Shown here: positions 8,773 to 18,574 of the stretch, piece after piece | How the letters are laid out: each line of letters starts with the position of its first letter | How positions within the stretch are numbered: position 1 is the stretch's first letter | From: a virus | Lineage: Duplodnaviria; Caudoviricetes | DNA length: 64,000 nucleotides | IMG/VR virus record: IMGVR_UViG_3300014204_000013 | Location: 1 to 64,000 of that record | Reading direction: 5' to 3' (one strand) | Made by a program: the position numbers and the translations under genes | Notes under the pieces: model-generated | Told to the model about the DNA's origin: nothing | Databases searched by the model: none | Seen by the model: only the letters and a program-made list of their open reading frames with translations

Positions 8773-11562
8773 TTAGTGGGTCACAATAGCCGTCTTTTCA
8801 CTTTCTTGGGGACTGGCAGGTATATTCGTATTCAGTGGCTCTTTTAAACCTTGTAATGCGTCAGTTTTGATAAGCCAACCACGTATAGCATTGCCGTTTA
8901 CTCTTCGTTTAATCATCAAATGCTTACCATCGTTATCGATAATCAAAGCTTTTCTTTCATGAAGTGACCGGGACATACTGCTTACATCTGGCATTTGTTC
9001 AAAAGCACCTTGTCTTGAAACTAAATTCAATGCAAGTTCCGGAAGTAAGAATAAACCTTCCTCGACCCATTTTCCAATCGGTGGTTTTAAATTTCCCATC
9101 ATGGGTGCCTTAATGGACACCCTTGATTGAACAAGTGAGGGTTCTACTGTTACCATATATGAAATAGTTCTGATAAATTTGGCTACTTCTGTTTCCCTAC
9201 AAACCTGTTCACCCTGATCGAGTATTGCTTCATCTAAAGTTTTGATAAATTGATCTCTATATTCGATAAATACATCACCCAATGGCGAAACTTCAAGCAA
9301 TGCCCATTCACTTTTTAACATAGCGTAAATGCTGGACAATCTACCAGCATTTATATATCCTGCATTTGAAAATTTTACAGAAATAGCATCGCGATATCTT
9401 AAAAATTCAGGACCAAGAACCTCTTCGGTTTCATGTAAGAATTTAATCCAATGATATCCAACGGTTGGTAGTGATAATTGTATTTTTTGTAGTTCACTGG
9501 CTGCTTTGGATGCCTCATTTTTCTCCTCTGGTGATAAGCTCCAGTTTAATCCCATGATCCTGGCTGATGTCGAAGCTTCCTGTGGTTTTACCTCTCCGGT
9601 GATGATGGGTGTGCTCTGAAATTTAACTGTTTCTCGAAGACCTCCCTCTTTCTTGCTTCTGATTTTTTCATACCCTTCCATGATTTTGTGGATAAGTGAC
9701 ACGTATGAAGTTACATCTTTCTTTTTATCGATGATCTTTACATCATCATAGATGCAAGGCATGAAACCTGCTGCCTTAAACACATCCATGGCACCATTTA
9801 CGGTACTTGAACCTGCTCCAGCCATTAGCTGTGGAGTCCCGAGATACCCTACTCCCCATATCCCCATGGCATAGGTGGCAGTCCTGGTCTTGAAGTTACC
9901 AGAGGTTCCCCACAGGCCTACTCCAAATCTGTATTCTGGGTGCCACCGGACTACTGCCGGCGCACCTAAAATTGTGGTTACTAAAATACAAGAATATTTA
10001 TGTATTTTAAACAATAATCTAAGTGCTTCTTTTGCGGTTTCTAGATCCCCGTCGTAAACATTAACGGGTATCTGTGATGCTATATTGAAAATTACATTTT
10101 TATCTACTTCATAACCTGGAATGATGGGTGTATCTCCATCCCATCTAGGAGTATCGATTTTTCGAAGCCTTTTTGTGTGCTTGGTCATATTTTGCACATC
10201 TTCAAATTCAAGATCTCCTATTCGATTAACTGAGCCAAACCCATTTAGTAAAGCACCTTTAAATCTTCTAGGTTCAGATAAAGCGGAAGCGGGTAATGTA
10301 AATGTTACATCTCTTTGGTCGCGTGCTCCCTTGCCTTTGAAAATAAATTCAGTATCATCGTCACAATTTGTTTCTGTGTCAATCCACGTAACACAATCTG
10401 AAACCCATACAGCGACCTTTTTATCTACATTGGTTTTGCTTGATTCTATCCTGACAACGGTTCCGTTAGGTTCGTACATACCGATTGACCAGAATTTACT
10501 ATTGAGATCAACCTTTCTTACGGCTGATCCAATGTCGATTTCTGCTTCCTTTTCACTTATTAAACCTTTTGAAACTGCATATTGCAGTGTTTTTTCCAGC
10601 ACTGATCGATCTCTAAGCACTCCTGATTTTGCATTTTCCCATGGCACAGCTCCGCACTCACATGCCAGCCACACCCAGGCATCTCCACCTTTATTCAGAC
10701 CGTCGTGCATGTAGCAATATACATTAAGATCTGGATTTACAATGAGGTTTCCACCAGTGGTACTTCCTAGTGTGGGATGGGGGCCTTTGAGTTGATTTCC
10801 GATTTGGGTAAATCCTGCGGTATTTATAACATCCATTATATGGATTGTAGGGAGGCTTGATTCCGCATTCGGATTTTTTTCTGCAGTTGAATCCGGAATT
10901 TCTTTTTCTAAAAATGGGGCTATTGCTTTTAGTAATGGGAATGTTCGATCTTCCATCGGGAAACAATAATCTTCCAATTTCATACCAGTTAATGATAAAT
11001 GTCGGCCTGATTCGTATAGTTCTAGCGTATTAAAAACAGCCAATCCTTTACAATATTTTGAATATGACGCAGGTTTGGCTGCAAAAATTCGATCCATTGT
11101 TTCCTGTGTCATGTCGTGCTGATCGCCATCTCCTGTCAGCTTATTACGATCCATGTTTCCAAGAATAAAAAACCGAATACCACATTTTGAAGGTGATAGT
11201 TCTGTATAAAATGGTAATATTTTAAGTAAAAAACAGTCTGCCCATTTACTTAATTCTCCCGTTTCCGGGTCTACGCAACAATCTATGTCGCCTCCGATAA
11301 GGACTGGTGGAGCTTGCTCATCTTTTCGGTACATTAGAAAGCCTAATGCTTCTACTTCATGTGGTTTATCCTCGAATATTACAACTTCTTTTCTTTCTAA
11401 TGCTGCAATAGCCTCTTCGAAAGTAAGCCAATTTTCGCGATGTTTCGGCCATGATCTTGACACAAATCCTTTTTTCCCTTTAATAAAAGGTTGCTTGGAA
11501 ACCCGTAAACAAAACTGTTTTAAAGACCGCATGTACTCTGGGATTGCTTCGTAGTTTATCAT
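8773..11562 (-). CDS. Primase-helicase fusion (AEP prim-pol, Zn-finger-like linker, DUF927/Cch-like helicase)
   Basis: DID..., YTELSPSKCG, LELYESGRHLSLTG (prim-pol); YCYMH; Walker A GTSGNFKT; Walker B CIYDD; IITGE; SAR. Confidence 0.8.
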   Translation of the reverse strand: MINYEAIPEYMRSLKQFCLRVSKQPFIKGKKGFVSRSWPKHRENWLTFEEAIAALERKEVVIFEDKPHEVEALGFLMYRKDEQAPPVLIGGDIDCCVDPETGELSKWADCFLLKILPFYTELSPSKCGIRFFILGNMDRNKLTGDGDQHDMTQETMDRIFAAKPASYSKYCKGLAVFNTLELYESGRHLSLTGMKLEDYCFPMEDRTFPLLKAIAPFLEKEIPDSTAEKNPNAESSLPTIHIMDVINTAGFTQIGNQLKGPHPTLGSTTGGNLIVNPDLNVYCYMHDGLNKGGDAWVWLACECGAVPWENAKSGVLRDRSVLEKTLQYAVSKGLISEKEAEIDIGSAVRKVDLNSKFWSIGMYEPNGTVVRIESSKTNVDKKVAVWVSDCVTWIDTETNCDDDTEFIFKGKGARDQRDVTFTLPASALSEPRRFKGALLNGFGSVNRIGDLEFEDVQNMTKHTKRLRKIDTPRWDGDTPIIPGYEVDKNVIFNIASQIPVNVYDGDLETAKEALRLLFKIHKYSCILVTTILGAPAVVRWHPEYRFGVGLWGTSGNFKTRTATYAMGIWGVGYLGTPQLMAGAGSSTVNGAMDVFKAAGFMPCIYDDVKIIDKKKDVTSYVSLIHKIMEGYEKIRSKKEGGLRETVKFQSTPIITGEVKPQEASTSARIMGLNWSLSPEEKNEASKAASELQKIQLSLPTVGYHWIKFLHETEEVLGPEFLRYRDAISVKFSNAGYINAGRLSSIYAMLKSEWALLEVSPLGDVFIEYRDQFIKTLDEAILDQGEQVCRETEVAKFIRTISYMVTVEPSLVQSRVSIKAPMMGNLKPPIGKWVEEGLFLLPELALNLVSRQGAFEQMPDVSSMSRSLHERKALIIDNDGKHLMIKRRVNGNAIRGWLIKTDALQGLKEPLNTNIPASPQESEKTAIVTH

Positions 11563-11568
11563 AGTACC

Positions 11569-11751
11569 TCACTGATTGTTTATTTTAGATATTACTGCAT
11601 CTCGAATGAAAACAGATTTTGGTATATCTGATTTTTTGCATATTTTATTAATTTCAGAAATTTCCTTGTTAGCCAGTCTTATTGTGACTGTACTGCTTGT
11701 TTCTCTGCCCATTCCTATTTTTGATGATCTCATATTCCATAGTGTGTACAC
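11569..11751 (-). CDS. Ribbon-helix-helix (CopG-like) regulator
   Basis: TVTIRL..KEISEINKICKKSDIPKSVFIRDAV; directly upstream of the primase-helicase. Confidence 0.75.
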   Translation of the reverse strand: MYTLWNMRSSKIGMGRETSSTVTIRLANKEISEINKICKKSDIPKSVFIRDAVISKINNQ

Positions 11752-11818
11752 TATTCTATATAATCATTTCTACCAACCAATGGGAAAATATTTATAGGTA
11801 TGAGAATATTAGACTTTA

Positions 11819-12061
11819 TTGATGCCTAATTTTACATTATCTAAGGTAAAAGGTCCTAAAGTGAACTTCATGGAGAAGCAGACCCGTAGTGCAGTACTTC
11901 TTCATTTAATGGAACATGGAAATCAAACGGCATACTGGTTTCCAAAATCTCAGCTCGAACTTAGACCGATTGAAGTTCGCGGTGAGAAAATGTTTGAAGT
12001 TTATATCTCACAATGGGCCTGGTCTAGGAGAGAGCCTGCAAAAGGAATGGGGTGTTTATAA
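11819..12061 (+). CDS. Small hypothetical protein (WFPKSQ motif)
   Basis: 80-aa ORF after an AAAATATTTATA promoter. Confidence 0.55.
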   Translation: MMPNFTLSKVKGPKVNFMEKQTRSAVLLHLMEHGNQTAYWFPKSQLELRPIEVRGEKMFEVYISQWAWSRREPAKGMGCL

Positions 12062-12313
12062 ATGGCAACTACTGAAGAGTTTAGTAAAACTATGGAAATT
12101 CCAATTGATAGATTTAATGAGTTGCAAGCTAAATTTGTAGAATTGGTAAAGTTAGATTTGGATTATCCGGATTTGATTAAGCAATTATTGAGCATATGCA
12201 CATTAGATAGAGAATTTATTTTGGCTGGTATTTGTTTGGGTAGGTTGATGCAGATGGGGATGTGTAATCAATGTGAAGAAAACGAGATGCCTATCGATCC
12301 TAAATTAAACTAA
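12062..12313 (+). CDS. Hypothetical protein
   Basis: 83-aa ORF in operon. Confidence 0.55.
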   Translation: MATTEEFSKTMEIPIDRFNELQAKFVELVKLDLDYPDLIKQLLSICTLDREFILAGICLGRLMQMGMCNQCEENEMPIDPKLN

Positions 12314-12351
12314 TCAAAAACCTTTTATCCTAATAGCACATTATTACACGT

Positions 12352-12855
12352 ATGCTTAAATTCATAATTGTACTATTTGCCCTTATATGTAATGTTGCCG
12401 CCGTACCTTTTGGGTATTATGATATCGATTATACCTTTACTGATCATAGTAGACAAGGATTATATGAGGTACTGGGCAATGGCATAGTAGAGCCTGCAGT
12501 TCCAGGTGTGTTTGATTGCAGTGATCGATCAGCTTATGTGGAATGGATATTAAGGAATCATGGGTTCTCTACACGATTATGTATGGATTGGAGAGGCCCC
12601 TGGTTGAAGGATCCTCATTCCTGGGTATGTGTGAATCTTGATGATGATGAGACAATTTACATAGAGGCAAATTCACCATCTGGAGAGTTTATATTTATAG
12701 ATTGTTTTAGTCCGGATTGGGATAAATATAACATACCTGTAGATACTGTAGATCCGTTTGGCATGCATAAATTTCTAACCATATATGATGCAATAGCAGA
12801 TGGGGTTGAAGAGAGTGAGCTTGATTGGTGGAACGTATTGAAAATTCGTTCTTAG
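12352..12855 (+). CDS. Secreted transglutaminase-like/papain-fold cysteine hydrolase
   Basis: Signal peptide MLKFIIVLFALICNVAA; DCSDRSAY..W.L...G; HSWVCV; YIEAN. Confidence 0.7.
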   Translation: MLKFIIVLFALICNVAAVPFGYYDIDYTFTDHSRQGLYEVLGNGIVEPAVPGVFDCSDRSAYVEWILRNHGFSTRLCMDWRGPWLKDPHSWVCVNLDDDETIYIEANSPSGEFIFIDCFSPDWDKYNIPVDTVDPFGMHKFLTIYDAIADGVEESELDWWNVLKIRS

Positions 12856-12892
12856 CAAAAACTTTTTATCCTATTAGGTATTATGTACTTTT

Positions 12893-13285
12893 ATGTTAAA
12901 CACACGAATTGATGTTTCGAACCTTGCGCGTGCGGCATTGGCTTATGAAGCAATTGAGATGGAAATAAGTCTGTCGGAGGCAGCCAGTAATGCCATTTTG
13001 AAGGGGGTTACGAAGGAGGCTCTTAGGTTGGCTAAGTTGAAGATGGGTGAAAAAACTGAAATATTGGATACTCATGTAGTGCAAGACTCTGCTATGGAAA
13101 AACTGGTCGAATTAACTAAGCGTCCTATCGTAAAGATTACTAAAAAATGCCCTATCGATGATGATAAGGAAGCCATGGATTTCATTGAGGCTAATCAAGG
13201 TAAGATGTCTGGTGCGGAGATTGCAAAGACGTTGGGGAGATCGAAGTCTTCGGTGAATAAGTGGATTGCGGAGAAGGTAGTTTAG
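12893..13285 (+). CDS. Protein with a C-terminal helix-turn-helix
   Basis: MSGAEIAKTLGRSKSSVNKWI. Confidence 0.7.
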   Translation: MLNTRIDVSNLARAALAYEAIEMEISLSEAASNAILKGVTKEALRLAKLKMGEKTEILDTHVVQDSAMEKLVELTKRPIVKITKKCPIDDDKEAMDFIEANQGKMSGAEIAKTLGRSKSSVNKWIAEKVV

Positions 13286-13813
13286 ATGGAGATTGAACTT
13301 ACACAAGGAAAAGTTGCAATAGTAGATGAAAAATATGCTTATCTGAATGAGGTTAAGTGGAGTGCTACAAAAGATGGTAGACCTTCAAATCAAGTTTTTT
13401 ATGCTTGTCGCGTTATAGGAACAAGAAAAGTACATAAAATGATTCTTATGCATCGTGTTATTCTTGAGAGTATGATTGGGCGATCCATGATAGCAGGAGA
13501 ACAATGTGATCATATAAATCATAACGGTTTAGACAACAAGTGTTTGAATTTAAGATTAACTACAGTACGTGAAAATCATTGTAATCAACGAATCCAAGGA
13601 ATAGATAAATCTAGTAAATATAAGGGTGTTCATTGGGATAAAAGTCGTTCTAAGTGGCAAGTTTCAATTAAAAATTACGGAAAGCAGATATTTTTAGGAC
13701 GATTTATAGATGAAGATGATGCTGCTTTTGCATATGACAGAGCGGCAATTAAATATCATGGAAACTTTGCGTATTTGAATTTTCCAGATATTGAAGAGAT
13801 AGTTAAGTTTTAA
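13286..13813 (+). CDS. HNH endonuclease with a C-terminal AP2 domain
   Basis: MHRVI..CDHINHNGLDNKCLNLR; SSKYKGVHW..SKWQVSI..IFLGRF..EDDAAFAYDRAA. Confidence 0.85.
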   Translation: MEIELTQGKVAIVDEKYAYLNEVKWSATKDGRPSNQVFYACRVIGTRKVHKMILMHRVILESMIGRSMIAGEQCDHINHNGLDNKCLNLRLTTVRENHCNQRIQGIDKSSKYKGVHWDKSRSKWQVSIKNYGKQIFLGRFIDEDDAAFAYDRAAIKYHGNFAYLNFPDIEEIVKF

Positions 13814-13887
13814 TTTACGTATATTTCTTTTTTACAAATTTGTTTATATACAACATTGTATATAGTACATTTTGGAGTGATACAAGA

Positions 13888-14127
13888 ATGGCCTTTATAC
13901 CAATCAAGGATATGGGGTCTGCTGGTCTCGTTTTGTCGGGATATGGCCGCCCATATCTTAAGAAAGCATCGTATGAAAAGGGTTTCAATCCTGCTCACCT
14001 GCAGCCTTATCAGGCTTCTTTCAGCCAGGCTTCCAAGGAGTGCTCTGCTGCAACTCGTGGAATGTCCGGTATGGAGAGAGCTAAGGCCAAGAGTGGCTGC
14101 ATGTCCAGTGCTTTGGGTGGAAGGTAG
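13888..14127 (+). CDS. Small basic protein, possibly a virion core protein
   Basis: GGAGTGA RBS, then MAFIPIKDMGSAGLVLSGYGRPYLKK... (track ORF 13840..14127). Confidence 0.6.
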   Translation: MAFIPIKDMGSAGLVLSGYGRPYLKKASYEKGFNPAHLQPYQASFSQASKECSAATRGMSGMERAKAKSGCMSSALGGR

Positions 14128-14128
14128 G

Positions 14129-14380
14129 CTAAGGCCTACCTAATATCTCTTTCAGCTTTTCTTCGTTTAATCTTTCTCCTGTGAACAAATAATCCACTGT
14201 GAAAAATTCTTCATCTACTTGTAATACGGGTGCAGATATCGCGAATATGCCATGGGTTCGTAATTCTGTTAGAGCTTCAGGTGTTGACATGTCTACTGCT
14301 TCAAAATTAGAGATGGCTGCCGCAAGTATCGCACACTTAGGGCAGTTAGGTGTCTTATAAATCTTAATTTGCATTTTCAA
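14129..14380 (-). CDS. Glutaredoxin/NrdH-like redoxin
   Basis: IYKTPNCPKC; DMSTPEALTELR..G...APVLQV resembles methanogen NrdH-like proteins as recalled. Confidence 0.75.
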   Translation of the reverse strand: MKMQIKIYKTPNCPKCAILAAAISNFEAVDMSTPEALTELRTHGIFAISAPVLQVDEEFFTVDYLFTGERLNEEKLKEILGRP

Positions 14381-14500
14381 ACCTTTGGAGATGTGTCTGC
14401 CCAGGTGTCGCGCATGCTATCCTAGATCTATTGTAAATTGGCATGATTACCTCTAAATCTCGCTTATTACGTTCCTCGTTTATGTTACGTTCTTTTTTCA

Positions 14501-14983
14501 TCAGTAATGCCTCCTAATTTTTTCTGGATCTTTACCTAAAGCTGCCCATCGATTGTCGCTACCTGATTCTCGGTCATATTGATATCTGCAGCCCCAATAC
14601 TCTCCGCACATGTGACATCTGTAAACCTGATAGCCCTGGCTGCCATTTTCGCGGTCTTTGCAGTTTATCGGGTGATTAATTGCATTTAGTGCATCTGTCG
14701 AGTTGTTTCTACAATGATAACATAGTGGCTGATGAATTATGTGGTTTGCTGGAAAATCTGGAATAAAAAACATACTAAATTTGCATGGAACCTTTCCCGA
14801 TTTTAATTGATATGCTGCTACTAACTCATTGTTATCAATTCCCAAAGGTACGGCTTTACCTTCAATTTCTGCTACTACGTTATCTACATACATACCACCT
14901 GATTTTTTACAGGAGCAATAGCGCATTTCACCTATGACCATCTTTACGATATCGTGGCATTCTGGACAAAAGAATAGTTTCAT
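14501..14983 (-). CDS. Multi-zinc-finger protein
   Basis: CPECHD, CSCKKSGG, CYHC, CHMCGEYW. Confidence 0.65.
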   Translation of the reverse strand: MKLFFCPECHDIVKMVIGEMRYCSCKKSGGMYVDNVVAEIEGKAVPLGIDNNELVAAYQLKSGKVPCKFSMFFIPDFPANHIIHQPLCYHCRNNSTDALNAINHPINCKDRENGSQGYQVYRCHMCGEYWGCRYQYDRESGSDNRWAALGKDPEKIRRHY

Positions 14984-15342
14984 TTTGGTGCTCCGTATGT
15001 GACTACTTTATAGGGTTTTCCTTCAAGTTTCATACATTTGATCATGTTTTTGGTTCCGGGGGATGTACCATCCCAAAATGCTAATAATGCATCTGCATAT
15101 TCACTCATGGCCGCATTTCTAATAGGCCCTGCAGCTTTACCATGTGTAGTCCAGTCAGCCAACATAAATTTAACTGGAATAGATTTTTCTTCTGCCCATC
15201 GTTTTCCTAGTGAATCTGCTCCATTTGCACCGCCACAGACCACTTCATCTACAGAATCATAAAACTCAGTTAATCTACTCATTGTCGCGCATAAAAGGGA
15301 ATAATCTTCAAAATCCCGGCTACCTGCAATTATTAGTTTCAT
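14980..15342 (-). CDS. SLOG superfamily protein (YspA/DUF2493-like)
   Basis: IIAGSRDF, VVCGGANGADSLG..WA, GKAAGPIRN..M, AFWDGTSPGT..MI. Confidence 0.85.
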   Translation of the reverse strand: MKLIIAGSRDFEDYSLLCATMSRLTEFYDSVDEVVCGGANGADSLGKRWAEEKSIPVKFMLADWTTHGKAAGPIRNAAMSEYADALLAFWDGTSPGTKNMIKCMKLEGKPYKVVTYGAPK

Positions 15343-15506
15343 GGATTCTCCTTTTCAAACTTGAATCTTCTAACTGATATCAATGGTATCCATTCTGGCA
15401 CCCCGTCTGCATGTTTGATCCACAATGTTGAGCCTCCAGCTCTCCAATTTATGATGTCATCAAATCTTTCTAAATATCCGTCAAGCCATCGTACTTCCAA
15501 TTTCAT
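15339..15506 (-). CDS. 55-aa protein MKLEVRWLDGY...WIPLISVRR, paralog of 5053..5232
   Basis: Translated by hand; ATGA overlaps with the helicase stop and the SLOG start. Confidence 0.7.
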   Translation of the reverse strand: MKLEVRWLDGYLERFDDIINWRAGGSTLWIKHADGVPEWIPLISVRRFKFEKENP

Positions 15507-18097
15507 ACCTTACACCTACTTTTGACAGGTTTCTTATCATTTTTTATCCACACTAAAGCATCTTTGAACCATTGCTCAAAGAATTGCTTATTTTGATTGA
15601 AGAAATAACCAAAATTGGCATCTAGAATATAAGTCTCTGAGTAGTCCTGGGGGCCTCTGGTGCATCGTCCGGATGCCTGTTGAATATCAACAGCCGTTGT
15701 CATTCGATACCACATATCCATTCCGATTTTTGCGATATCCGATTCATTTCTTTTTACTACCCATTCACCCAAGCCTGGGTAGGGAACCTTTGCGATGATA
15801 TTGCGTTGGAATTGATCTTTATCCAAGTTCAGTCCCTGGGCATATGCCACGCTAAACCAGATGCATTCCTTAGATGACAGGAATTTGTTGAGTGCTTCTT
15901 CGCGCAGGCCAGACTCCTGAATGAGCACTGATTGGTGTTTCATGTAAGGCCTAAACTTCTCAGCTAACCCGAAGCTATGGGCATGCACCAAGGTATTTTT
16001 TGGGCATGCTCGATGAATTTCCATGATTCTTTCAGCCATCAATGGGATGGTCTTGTCTTGGTTGTCTCGACTCATTTTTCCGACAGGCGTGTAATAGATT
16101 TTTCTCCGGCTAACTGGAATTGGGTGAGGAGCTTCAATTCTGGTAAAATTTTTAGTAAGCAGTGATGTAGTTGGGGTTCCGGAAGACATGATAACGAATT
16201 TGACCTTACTGGCCATCTGATTAAATGGGTATGCTCCATGAAGCAACTTAAAATTTCTCTCCTTATCTATGAAGTAGTCATTAGGATCCTTGGCCATCTT
16301 TAGTATCCGGCCACACTTTGATACCAACCTGGTGGTTTTGTTGAGTTTGCGGGTTATATTCTGGATGTCACGTTGAAGTGAAGCCCTGGTTGATTCGAAG
16401 TTCATTCCCTCCAAGGATTCTTCCAGGGCCATTTCTTCGTCCTGTAGACTTATCATCCAGTCATGGATGGAGTTTACCAGGTTGTCGAGTTGAATATGGC
16501 CGGGTAGTGATATCGCGAAGTGTTCAAGCAGCTTATCCTCAAGTCCGGACGACTCATCTACAATAAGCACATCAGTTTCAATCCTGTTATACATGTAGAA
16601 ATCGAGGGTGCAAACTCCAAATTTTGATCCTTTGAAGGTATTTTTGGCCTGCATGTACTCGCATCGGCGGCATTTTACGGGTCTTCGTTTCATGAGGATG
16701 GCTGATCTGTAAGGGCAATCTGAGGCATCCAGGCCTTCAAATACGGCACATGGATAATTGCTTCGCCCCATGACTACGGGCAGTTTTAGTTTTAGATCAT
16801 CGCGAATTTGTTGAACTAGATTACGCAATGGAGTAGTGTAGGTTACTTTGGTTATTTCTGGATAAGCATCTAGCATAGCATTTCCAGTTACGGTGAGCAT
16901 TAAAGAATTGTGTGTTACTGTAAAATCATTTAGCATAAATAAATGATCTCCAGATACTTCAAACCCATAATATTCATCGATTTTATCAAATTCTACTGAA
17001 AATCCAGTTACGTTTGTATTTTTTATTTGGGTTCTTAGTATTGCTTTTTTTCTATTAACTTTGCATGGAACCGTGATTAGCAGATTTCCAGACAGGTATA
17101 GTTGATTATATATACCTGTAAAGTTTATTTTTTTTATGGTTCCTGTTTTAATGGATGTAGTTACGGATATTCCCAAGGACCTTGCTAAAAATGCAATATC
17201 TTTTGATAGTTTGTTATCTTTTACTATCAATTCATATCCTTTTTCATGATAATATCCATCCGAATCTAATAATCCTGCAAGGAGTTCTAATCGATTTTCT
17301 ATACTTGATGTAAGATATTCTATTGGTATTCTTTTTGTACTGTATTGTGTTTTTAAATCCTTAATAAAATTACTAAATACGCTACCCTTTCCTTTTTGTT
17401 GGTCGTTACTTATGTAAAATGTAGGACATTGTGTTTTTTCAATGTTCTGATGTTCTATTCTAACATGTAAATTATTGGTTTTGGCATATTTAAATATATA
17501 TTCCTTAATTTCGTTTTCTGGGTTTGTTATCTCTGGAAGTCCATTGGTTCCATCTCCGATCCATATACCTAATAAATATGGTGGAATTGGTAAATTTTTT
17601 ATATTGGGTTCGAATTTAATAGCATTGGTATGCCATAGCTTGTAAATATGCTTAAATGTTTTACTTTTTGTTATATATTCATTTATTGAAATATTTACAG
17701 TTTTACCTGCTTGATTGGTTCCATCGTTGGTTCGTATGAGATTTAATATGTGATTTCCATTGCAGGTGAATGCTTCCCCTCCACGTATTGGGGTTATTTT
17801 ATACAATGGTCCAACCCCATATGATAAATTTAAAACTTGTCTTGGTAAAGAATCTGGGCCAATTAGCGTATCTCCAGTTTTAATGTCTTGCACTTTTTTA
17901 ATAGATCCATCATACATTACAACTTCTGTATTTTTTTCAAAACATTTACCACTCCCTGTCGGGGATGCCAACTCAGCTACTTTAGATATAATTTCTTTGT
18001 TTCTAATTTTTTCATAAGTATCCAAAATACCTTGAATGGCTTCACGTTGGCCAATTCTATAAGATGGATACACATTATATTCATTAAGATCTTTCAT
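15503..18097 (-). CDS. SF2 helicase (XPD/Rad3/DinG-like) containing an intein
   Basis: Q-motif YRIGQREAI; Walker A SPTGSGK|S; VDES; SGT; KVPYP; QASGRCTRGPQD...ILDANF. Confidence 0.85.
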   Translation of the reverse strand: MKDLNEYNVYPSYRIGQREAIQGILDTYEKIRNKEIISKVAELASPTGSGKCFEKNTEVVMYDGSIKKVQDIKTGDTLIGPDSLPRQVLNLSYGVGPLYKITPIRGGEAFTCNGNHILNLIRTNDGTNQAGKTVNISINEYITKSKTFKHIYKLWHTNAIKFEPNIKNLPIPPYLLGIWIGDGTNGLPEITNPENEIKEYIFKYAKTNNLHVRIEHQNIEKTQCPTFYISNDQQKGKGSVFSNFIKDLKTQYSTKRIPIEYLTSSIENRLELLAGLLDSDGYYHEKGYELIVKDNKLSKDIAFLARSLGISVTTSIKTGTIKKINFTGIYNQLYLSGNLLITVPCKVNRKKAILRTQIKNTNVTGFSVEFDKIDEYYGFEVSGDHLFMLNDFTVTHNSLMLTVTGNAMLDAYPEITKVTYTTPLRNLVQQIRDDLKLKLPVVMGRSNYPCAVFEGLDASDCPYRSAILMKRRPVKCRRCEYMQAKNTFKGSKFGVCTLDFYMYNRIETDVLIVDESSGLEDKLLEHFAISLPGHIQLDNLVNSIHDWMISLQDEEMALEESLEGMNFESTRASLQRDIQNITRKLNKTTRLVSKCGRILKMAKDPNDYFIDKERNFKLLHGAYPFNQMASKVKFVIMSSGTPTTSLLTKNFTRIEAPHPIPVSRRKIYYTPVGKMSRDNQDKTIPLMAERIMEIHRACPKNTLVHAHSFGLAEKFRPYMKHQSVLIQESGLREEALNKFLSSKECIWFSVAYAQGLNLDKDQFQRNIIAKVPYPGLGEWVVKRNESDIAKIGMDMWYRMTTAVDIQQASGRCTRGPQDYSETYILDANFGYFFNQNKQFFEQWFKDALVWIKNDKKPVKSRCKV
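16907..17944 (-). mobile_element. Intein (346 aa) with LAGLIDADG endonuclease, inserted in the helicase Walker A motif
   Basis: Begins CFEKNTEV after GSGK and ends FTVTHN before Ser; LLGIWIGDG and LLAGLLDSDG motifs. Confidence 0.9.
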
Positions 18098-18378
18098 AGG
18101 TCCTCGATGATGGTGTAAAGTTTTAATAGAGTTGTTACGATTTTATTTTCCTTATTAAGAACGTAAAATCTACTCTTTCCATCGGAGCTTATTGTCTTCA
18201 GAATATCTAACTCCTCAAGAACATCCCAAGCTTTGTACATGGTCCCTCTACCCATGCCAATCGATTCTGATATCTGTGATTTATTGTAATTTTGTGGTGA
18301 ATTGGTTACAAAAAATTCAAAGATTTTCATTGCTTGTTTATTTCCTATGAGGTCTATAAATCGTGTTATGCGTACCAC
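18094..18378 (-). CDS. Winged-helix transcription regulator
   Basis: YNKSQISESIGMGRGTMYKAWDVLEELDIL...RFYVLN. Confidence 0.8.
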   Translation of the reverse strand: MVRITRFIDLIGNKQAMKIFEFFVTNSPQNYNKSQISESIGMGRGTMYKAWDVLEELDILKTISSDGKSRFYVLNKENKIVTTLLKLYTIIEDL

Positions 18379-18429
18379 CTGCAGTACACATGTGTATCCA
18401 ATAAGTTATATAGCTTTTGGGTGAACTTA

Positions 18430-18555
18430 GAAAAAAGAGATGATAGGAAAACCCCCTATCGAGGCTGCAGGATAAGCCACCTGCGGGGCAAGTTGATTGC
18501 CGCTCCGTTTCAGGCCCAGCCTGGTGCCACAGCGATTATAGCGCGGGCAGCTATA
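18430..18555 (-). ncRNA. Candidate small structured RNA ending in a hairpin plus U-tract
   Basis: Stems TATAGC/GCTATA, CAGGC/GCCTG, GGCAA/TTGCC, GCAGG/CCTGC, GATAGG/CCTATC followed by TTTTTT on the minus strand. Confidence 0.4.
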
Positions 18556-18574
18556 TTCATGATAGTGTACATTT

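Noticed and set aside
18464-18533. tRNA gene
   Set aside because: Cloverleaf-like but lacks the T-loop TTCRA, D-loop GG, a 7-nt anticodon loop and CCA.
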